DNA of 64,000 nucleotides from Octopus vulgaris (taxonomy: Eukaryota): contig OX597814.1 of assembly GCA_951406725.2 (NCBI GenBank), positions 47,678,001-47,742,000 of the forward strand, given 5' to 3'. The position numbers and the translations under genes are program-made. The notes beneath the pieces are model-generated. The model saw only the letters and a program-made list of their open reading frames with translations, did not search any database and was not told the origin of the DNA. Shown one piece after another: positions 55,421 through 64,000 of the stretch (positions are counted from its first letter, which is position 1; each line of letters begins with the position of its first letter).

Positions 55421-55988
55421 AAATAAATATATAATACAATATATATTGTGCTAATACATAAAATAAAATTACTAAATTATATATTAAAGAGTATATAAGT
55501 TTTTCTTCCCTCGTTGATAGCATAATTGAACAGTAATTGGCTGCAGCCCAGGTGATATTAAACTATAGAAAGAATCGTTAGCGAATCCAACAAAATGCCT
55601 TGCAGTATAATGTTCTGGTTGTTTACGTGCTGTGTTCAAATATCGCTGAGGTCGACTTAGCTTTTCATCTTCCCTAGACGGACAAAATAAAATATCTCTT
55701 AAGTAATGGTGTCAATAAAATCACCAACATTTGTATCAAACAATAAGTCATCAACATCACTATCAAACATAGAATACTAAATTAATAATTATTCTTACAT
55801 TGACTTGGAACTCAAGGTCAAAACACAAGACAGTTTCAGTTAATGCCTGAGGCTATAGGCTACTGGGAAATTATTGACTTTTTTCGAGAAAGTAGCCATC
55901 TAAAACACACACACGAGCACATGTCTATTGTTATTTCTTGCAAGTACTGTATGCTATTATAGTGTATGTTATAAAATATGTTTTATTT

Positions 55989-56366
55989 GGCGTGGCTGTA
56001 TGGTAAGAAGCTTGCCAACCATGTGGTTCCGGGTTCAGTCCCACTGCGTGGCATGTTGGATAAGTGTCTTCTACTACAGCCTCGGGCCGACCAAAGCCTT
56101 GTGAGTGGATTTAGTAGACGGAAACTGAAAGAAGCTCGTCGTATTATGTGTGTGTACATATATCTGTGTGTGTCTGTGTTTGTCCTCCGCCATTCCTTGA
56201 CAACCGATGCTGATGTGTTTATGTCCCTATAACTTAGCAGTTCGGCAAAAAGGACTGATTGAGTAAATATTAGGCTTACAAAGAATAAGTCCTGGGGTTG
56301 AGTTTTTCGACTAGAACCCTTTAAGGCGGTGCTCTAGCATGGCCGTAGGCAAATGACTGAAACAAA
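55989..56366 (+). mobile_element. SINE family B
   Basis: Collinear with 26867-27271. Confidence 0.9.
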
Positions 56367-57345
56367 AATATATATCTACAATTTGGTGGCAGTGACACTT
56401 TATAGTATATTGAAAGTCACTTATAATTACAGATGTTGTCAAACGGTTGTTATTAGGAAAATTTGTGACTCCTTAACCCGTTCAGGAAGTTGTCATATAC
56501 TCTTCTTAATGTCATCAGCCGGTCTCTTCGCTTTGTGATCACAATAAACGACTTCTATCGTATATTATGATACTACCAAGAAATAACATAAAAGTGAATA
56601 TAACGGAGTGTGTCAAACGATTATCATATCTGCTTCACTGTGAAATTATTTCAATTTCAAGTCAAGCTCAAGTCTTTGTGTATGTACGTCTAAAATACAC
56701 TTCATAAATATTCTTTGTTGTTCTAGTAAAACTGAAAGTGCAGTTGGCTCAAATGCAACAAAGCTATCAGCAGTTTGCATCTGGTCACCAGTGCTACTTT
56801 CAACTATGCGAGACGTAAATGCTAACGTTTTGAGCAAGATATCACTTTTCTGAAGAATGGCTTTGTTCGAAAAATCAGAACTGACGTCTCTTCATGCCAT
56901 ACGAATTTTGAAGGCTTTAAGTAGTCTTTTTTTTTTACTTACAGTAAAGTTCTTACAATAAAGCTACCTACGTTTGACCGGCTTTCTATCTTCAGGGAGA
57001 TCGTTTCTCAGCCGCTTAACGCTGTGAAATCCGAAAATAAGAATACTCTCTACAAATTCTTGATTCGAAAAGAATTAACGAAGGAAACCGAGCCGCATAA
57101 CAGTTTTGTGTAGGAAATGAATTTACTTATACATGATTATGTACATTTTATCGTACATCTCAATAGCTGTCTATTACAAACGTTTATCCTTGTACGACTT
57201 TATATAGACACTAAACCTTTATTGCAACTGAACCTATTTCATTCTCCAGGGTCAGTTTTGTATCCCTCTCTTTGATGACGATGTAATGCTGTGAAACTTT
57301 ATAGATTTATTCATCGTTATTTCAGGGATTTATCTCCGCTAGCGT

Positions 57346-57591
57346 GGAGACGCGTGGTTTAGTGGTTAGGGTGTCAGCATCATGATCGTAAGATTGTGGT
57401 TTCGATTCCTGGACCGGGCGACGTGTTGTGTTCTTGAGCAAAACACTTCATTTCACGTTGATCCACTCCACTCAGCAGGCAAAAATGAGTAACGCTACGA
57501 TGGACTGGCGTCCCGTCCAGCAGGGGAACACATACGCCATTGAAACTGGGAAACCGGGCCCATGAGCCTGGCTAGGCTTTAAAAGGGCGCA
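57346..57591 (+). mobile_element. tRNA-derived SINE family D (shares its tail with family C)
   Basis: A-box tggtttagtgg, B-box ggtttcgattcc, and a 13-bp TSD tttatctccgcta (57329 and 57605). Confidence 0.9.
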
Positions 57592-59619
57592 TTTATTTTT
57601 TTATTTTATCTCCGCTACCAATATAAACAGGAGTGTATTTTGCACTAAAAGCCAATATGAGAGTTTCTCTCGTGATATCTACTACAGTATAATTTGTTCT
57701 AACAGAACATCCACGTTTAAGTGGAGTTAAAAATAAGCGTTGTCATTGAGTTCCAAAGATACCGAAAACTGCGGCCAATCTGCTGAACCATAGAATAGTG
57801 ATGGTCTGCGTTGGCAAGTAGTAGAGTACAAAAAATTCACGTAATGGAGTAAATTAGTTCGCTGTAAGGAAGTGGAGAAGTTTGACGTTTCAAGTTGAAC
57901 CTTTCATAAAAAGGGCGGCCGGCTCTTTCAATGGTAGAAACTTACTCCAAAATGATAACATCAGACTGTTCCTCTTCCTTTATTTAACTTTGTGAATATC
58001 TTGTACTAAATGTTTGTCTTGTATACTGGCGTCCTTTTCAACTATAAAAACAAAAAACAAAAAATGCTGTAGGAGTGGTTGGTGTAGCTAATGCGAAATT
58101 TGAAAATATAGAGATTAGAATTTTGCGAGACCACATAAAAAAGTTTCACAAAAGCGCTGGGAACTAAACAAAATATATACAAGAAGAGCAGTCTAGCAAG
58201 TGCAACATGGAGGGTCTGGAATTCCTTATACTTTAAACAGAAATAGGCAACAACGGAAAATTTTTCGGGTGATTAACACAAACTATGAAGGTTTTGTACA
58301 ATTTTTTAATAACTTATAATAAAGTTCGTAAATCCGATTATATTTGTATGCCATGGAGAGACGTGAATGCTAACGTTTTGAGCAAACTTTTTTCTAAGAA
58401 AAGCTTTGCTTGAAAAATCATCAATATCGTCTCTTCACAGCATAAAAACTTAATGAAATTGGTAAATTTTATTCGATTGTTTTTGCCGAAGGAGATAACT
58501 GCTAGTTTTATTTTCTGTCTCTGAGTTTTATCACTTTTACCTTTTAAATAATTTACGGAGAGTACTACCGATTTACGACTAAATGACTGTTAACTCCAAG
58601 GAAATTGTAGCACTAGTAATCACTTTACAATACTAAAATATGTTAAGTAGTTGACACGAATACTTTCTAACTTATAAAATATACAACTCGTAAAAAGATG
58701 AAAGCTTATGCGCTCGCGATGAGCAGAAAGGGAACTTTTATATGCTCGTTCAGTCTGCAAGAAATAGCAGCTAAGTCTCGCGCAAATAATACACTATCTT
58801 TAAAAAATGCTCATTGGACACTTAGTTACTGTCTAAAAAATGGGACGGTCACGGATGAAATTGCTTAGGCCATATGTCTCTCGATCAGTGCCGACCTGGG
58901 CTAAACAACAAAACCTGATGGAACATGTTAATTATAGTCAATTTTACTCTTCTACCTCACATCAAAGCTACAGTGGAGCCTAATCAATAGTTCAGTACGT
59001 CCAGTTAATGTATCAACAGTTTATTATACACTCAAATCAACTCGAATGATCATCGTCTCACCGCTACCTCTTTCTTTACTGCACTAAATGGTGTATTTCT
59101 CGTTAATTCAGAGGTTTATTGAGAAATCAATGAATGTATTCATTCATGCACACATCTCTTCTCTAATACATTCTATATTTGTTTTCTACACTGAATCATA
59201 GCAAGGTGCATGTTGAATGCTTATTGGAAACAAGATCAAAGCGGAGCGACATCTCATCTTAATAGTCTCTACTTTTGTTGTAAGAACGTAGAGAAAAGAG
59301 AAATAAAAGTAAAAGATTGAGAAGCAACAAAATAACTGAAATCTTTGGGATAGAAATTAACAATTAAATACAACCAGAAATATCCATTCCACTAAAACAA
59401 AAGTTTTACAATTGTAAGATTTTTCTCTTCATGCTTGCATTAGAAAACACAGTGTTTTTATCCTGTAAAGTATCGCATATATTTTTCACTTATATTTAAT
59501 ACCATTGAGGCATATTTCAATATAAAGATGGAAGTTTATATAGATACTGACAGAGATCTACAACGAGACTCAAATAAAGATGGTAATCGAAATAATTACA
59601 ACAAACAACAACAATGATA

Positions 59620-59830
59620 ATTTCAAATTTTGGTACAAGGCCAGCAAGTTCAGAAGGGGTAGATCGATTACAACGACCCCAATGTTCAACAAGTACTTAT
59701 TTTATCTATCCCGTAAGTATGAAAGGCAATGCCGACCTCGGCGGAATTTAAAACTCAGAACGTAAGGACAGACGAAATGCCGCTAATCATTTTGCCCGGC
59801 GTGTTAACGATTCTGTCAGCACCCCACCTT
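59620..59830 (-). mobile_element. SINE family A
   Basis: atgaaaggcaatgccgacctcggcggaatttaaaactcagaacg...gcccggcgtgttaacgattctg. Confidence 0.85.
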
Positions 59831-60007
59831 CTGTCTTTCTTCCCCATTTTTTTCTGTCTCATGACTTTGTAAATGAACAATCTGGTGTGTTTATTTTAAT
59901 GGCCTACCAATGTACACATTGAGTTTCTTTGCCCAAGGTGTTTCTTTACCCTGGGTGCTGGGAAGACACTCGGCAAGAAATGGAAACAAAGTTGAAAGAA
60001 GAAGATG

Positions 60008-60062
<55 letters not shown>

Positions 60063-60069
<7 letters not shown>

Positions 60070-60546
60070 CGAGAAAGCAACCATACTTTGGGATATGCCA
60101 ATACACACAGATAGAGAAATTAAGGCCAACAGACCAGATATAGTTGTCAGAGATCATGAAGAAAAAAAAGCTTTCTAATTGATGTATCAATACCAGCAGA
60201 TGACAACGTGTCTCTAAAAGAAATGGAGAAACTTTCAAAATACAAAGACCTGGAAATAGAGGTAACTAGAATGTGGAATCTAAAAACAGAAACAATTTCT
60301 ATCATAATAGGTGCATTAGGCTTGATAAAAAAATATTCAGACAAATACATAACAAAAACACCATGACTTACAAACACATATAACATACAGAAAATTGCAC
60401 TACTAGGCACTGCACACATCCTACGCAGAACACTTTCAATACAGTAATCATCAGAGCATCACAACAAATCACAGCACATACCCAAGGCACACCGAGCTGC
60501 GCTCGGTAGTGAAGTGAAAGCACGTTATAAAAATAAAACTACTGAA
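60063..60546 (+). mobile_element. R4/Dong-type LINE 3' fragment between (AAT)n tracts
   Basis: ATILWDMPIHTDREIKANRPDIVV...LIDVSIPADDNVSLKEMEKLSKYKDL...IGALG...IQKIALLGTAHILRR shows the PD..D..E..K REL motif. Confidence 0.93.
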
Positions 60547-60554
60547 TGATGATG

Positions 60555-61345
<791 letters not shown>

Positions 61346-61539
61346 TTATGATTAATAGAATTAACACAAACAACGGCGTAAATGAAGTCGGAACTACAGG
61401 TGACGGACTTTCGCCGGCAGGTGCCCTGTGGGTGAGCATCGTAGGCCCAGTCGTCATTATACGGATGCTACAGCAAAATGGACTAAGATGATGAATATAG
61501 GTGTCAAAGAAAGTTATGTCAAAGAAATCGGAATTGACA

Positions 61540-61762
61540 TGAGAGCAGAGCAAGACCCCTCCCCAAAACTACTCTACTGGGGACAGCTAGAATTTTGAGA
61601 GTGATACTTGGATGTTGACTGTCTGCCACGGTAATTAACAACTAAGTATCAAAGCTTATATGTGCGGAAAGAGAACCTGTGAGAACTCTGATGGCAGGCT
61701 GCTATCCGCTCTCACTGAATCTACCAGAACAAACAAGAGCGAAGGTTCTGAGAAGTAAAACA
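61540..61762 (+). mobile_element. Further R4/Dong-type 3' end (different family)
   Basis: KTLLGTARILRVILGC*, then a UTR running into (AAT)n. Confidence 0.7.
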
Positions 61763-61779
61763 ACAATAATAATAATAAT

Positions 61780-61992
61780 CCTTTCTACTAAAAGCACAAG
61801 GCCTGAAATTTTGGGGGAGAGGACTAGTCGATTATATCGACCCCAGGGTTTCACTAGTACTTAATTTATTGAACATGAAAGGATGAAAGGCAAAGTCGAC
61901 CTCGGGGAATTTGAATCAAAGTACGTAATGGCGGACGAAATGCTGCTAATCATTTTGCCTGGCGTGCTAACGATTCTGCCAGCTCGCCGTCT
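61780..61992 (-). mobile_element. SINE family A
   Basis: gaaaggatgaaaggcaaagtcgacctcggggaatttgaa...gtgctaacgattctgccagctcgccg. Confidence 0.9.
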
Positions 61993-61993
61993 T

Positions 61994-62077
61994 AACAAAC
62001 GACAGCACATAACCAAGGCACACAGAGCTGCGCTTGGTAGTGCAGTGAAAGCACATGATAAAAATAAGACTACCGAA
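61994..62077 (+). mobile_element. 3' UTR copy of the 60063 LINE family
   Basis: acagcacata(a)ccaaggcacac.gagctgcgct.ggtagtg.agtgaaagcac matches 60463-60546 and ends in (AAT)n. Confidence 0.9.
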
Positions 62078-62095
62078 TAATAATAATAATAATAA

Positions 62096-62622
62096 CTCAT
62101 GGCTTCTGATCTTAACTGATTGGAAGTGTTATCATGTACATTGTTTTGTCTTGGTATAAAAGATGGGCTACAGCAAATATTCTGCTCAATACTACAGATT
62201 TGCTGGTCAGTTGTTTGACCTTAACCAGTTGAGCATGTCCCTTAGTGGCTGACGATATGTGCATCTCTGATCACGAGCAGAAGTAGTGGGGGAGCATCAT
62301 AGCCATGTGTTGAGAGGGATTCTTTGGGGTTTGAATAATTCACCTCTGGAAACATGGGTGGTTCTTTCAACATCCTTAAACAACCCTTATTCAGGGACCT
62401 TTTGAGCGGGATGGGCTACTCAACCTGAAGAAAATTCTAACTGGGCCCCACCTGCAAGGTCATGCGCTGTTTATCTTGATATGAGATCACCATGTCGCGC
62501 ACATATGGTTGTGATGCATGTGCCTGGTGTACCCTTATCAGACGGGTAGTCATGATGGGTATATTGGGCTTCGTATATTTAATCCCAGTGTCACTTTGAT
62601 GGCATGAACTGCTCTCTCACTC
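62096..62622 (+). mobile_element. Probable LINE 3' UTR between (AAT)n tracts
   Basis: A higher-GC block bounded precisely by AAT repeats, like its neighbours. There is no coding motif, so the family is inferred. Confidence 0.5.
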
Positions 62623-62683
<61 letters not shown>

Positions 62684-64000
62684 TTGAACGAAAACAAATA
62701 AAGGTCAGCGCAAACATATGTATGATTTCTTCGAGATTTATTTACCATGTTTTCTGGCGTGTAATATGCGCTTTTTTTCTTTTTAAATGTATCAAAAAAA
62801 TTGCCCTGCGTCTAATGCAACAGTGTTATAAATAGGAAACTGGATGTCCTAAGCTAGGGAGCCGGATGAGAGCATATGTCCGCTGGGGACAATAATTGTT
62901 ACTCATAATAAAATATTAGATGCAAGACAAATTGTCATAAACTGTTAGCACAAACATGTGGTACGTTGGTAGTAATGTAAGTCACATCAGCTCATTGCAC
63001 CTCTTTCCCTAGTATGCGTAACCACACTTAATACGTATCTTACAGTATTTCATAACTGTGTTGCCTTTAAGAAACATTTTTTAAATATGTAAATGAAATA
63101 TTTTCTTAGAAAAATGAAAACAATATTAAATTTCCGCCTGTCAGTTATTTGCAATGAATGGACGACAACAAAATCACAGCGGTGGTGCGTCACACTGGTG
63201 TTCAATAGCAGTTATATAAAACATCATAACAAAAAATACGAGTTTTCTATCTTGTTTGGCAATTATCTTGACCAAAATATAAACAACTATACAGCTGATC
63301 AGAAAGAAGATAAGGTTGAAATGCGGTACTCCTATAACAAAGTTTATTTATCACGAATTTATTGTTTCACACTTTATTTCAGTATGCTGTCACAACATTT
63401 ACCTGTACAAAATTATATATTGTTCTTTCCAAAGCCACTTAAAAATGCATTTCAATAAGTGTATGGCGAAACATATTAAATTTGTTTTTTCTACAAAATA
63501 TACTTGTAAAATAGAGGTGTGTCTTATGCGAGAGTGTATTTTATTTGCCAAAGCTAGTGACTAAAAAAATTGTTAAGTAACTTTTTGTCAAGACAGTTCC
63601 TTGGATCTGTGAATAATATTTGAGCAAACATATGTATGCATGCCTTTGTATGTGTGGATATTCTTGTACTCATGTTATTAGTGTACATGTCTTTTTATGT
63701 TTGTGCTCTTGTGTATGTTTTACGTACACGTGATTGCATGTATATGTTTATTCCAGGACACTCAAATGGAGAATCTTTGAAATGTTTGACAAATTCTTGT
63801 CTCTAACACCAATTGGTTTTGTTCCTTCCAGCATTTCTAAGCTTTCGTGCATTTCTGATTTATAATCTATCATTTTGCATCTATAATTCTACTTCTTCTT
63901 CAAGCGGCCTCAACCAGGATGCATTTCATCCGCTACTCCAGGAAACTTTGACCTCCATTAGCTTTGGTAGGTCCTAAATTACATGTATTTCTCAAGCAAT

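Overview
This is AT-rich eukaryotic non-coding DNA saturated with microsatellites and transposon relics. The SINE families and repeat landscape look like an Octopus (cephalopod) genome; that is recognition from memory, not a database result. Nearly all ORF-track entries are microsatellite artefacts. Supported content: a full-length but broken mariner plus three internally deleted mariners; a decayed Tigger/pogo transposase and a Tigger-type MITE; a hAT (Charlie/Buster-type) element carrying a CRE+CCAAT minisatellite; several non-autonomous Helitrons; RTE and CR1/L2-group LINE remnants; trains of R4/Dong-type (restriction-like endonuclease) LINE 3' ends inside (AAT)n and (TACA)n tracts; about 20 tRNA-derived SINEs; and one degenerate tRNA-Asp gene. 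The most interesting signal is a set of type I hammerhead-ribozyme motifs (584, 18849, 19514, 28134, plus degenerate ones) in short elements next to microsatellites or in AT-rich islands. One lies in the loop of a ~365-bp foldback and another has an ~86-nt helix II. There is also a locally templated inverted mariner insertion with end-joining scars. A phase-compatible chain of candidate minus-strand exons may encode an unrecognised Cys-rich protein, at low confidence. No host gene is confidently identified.
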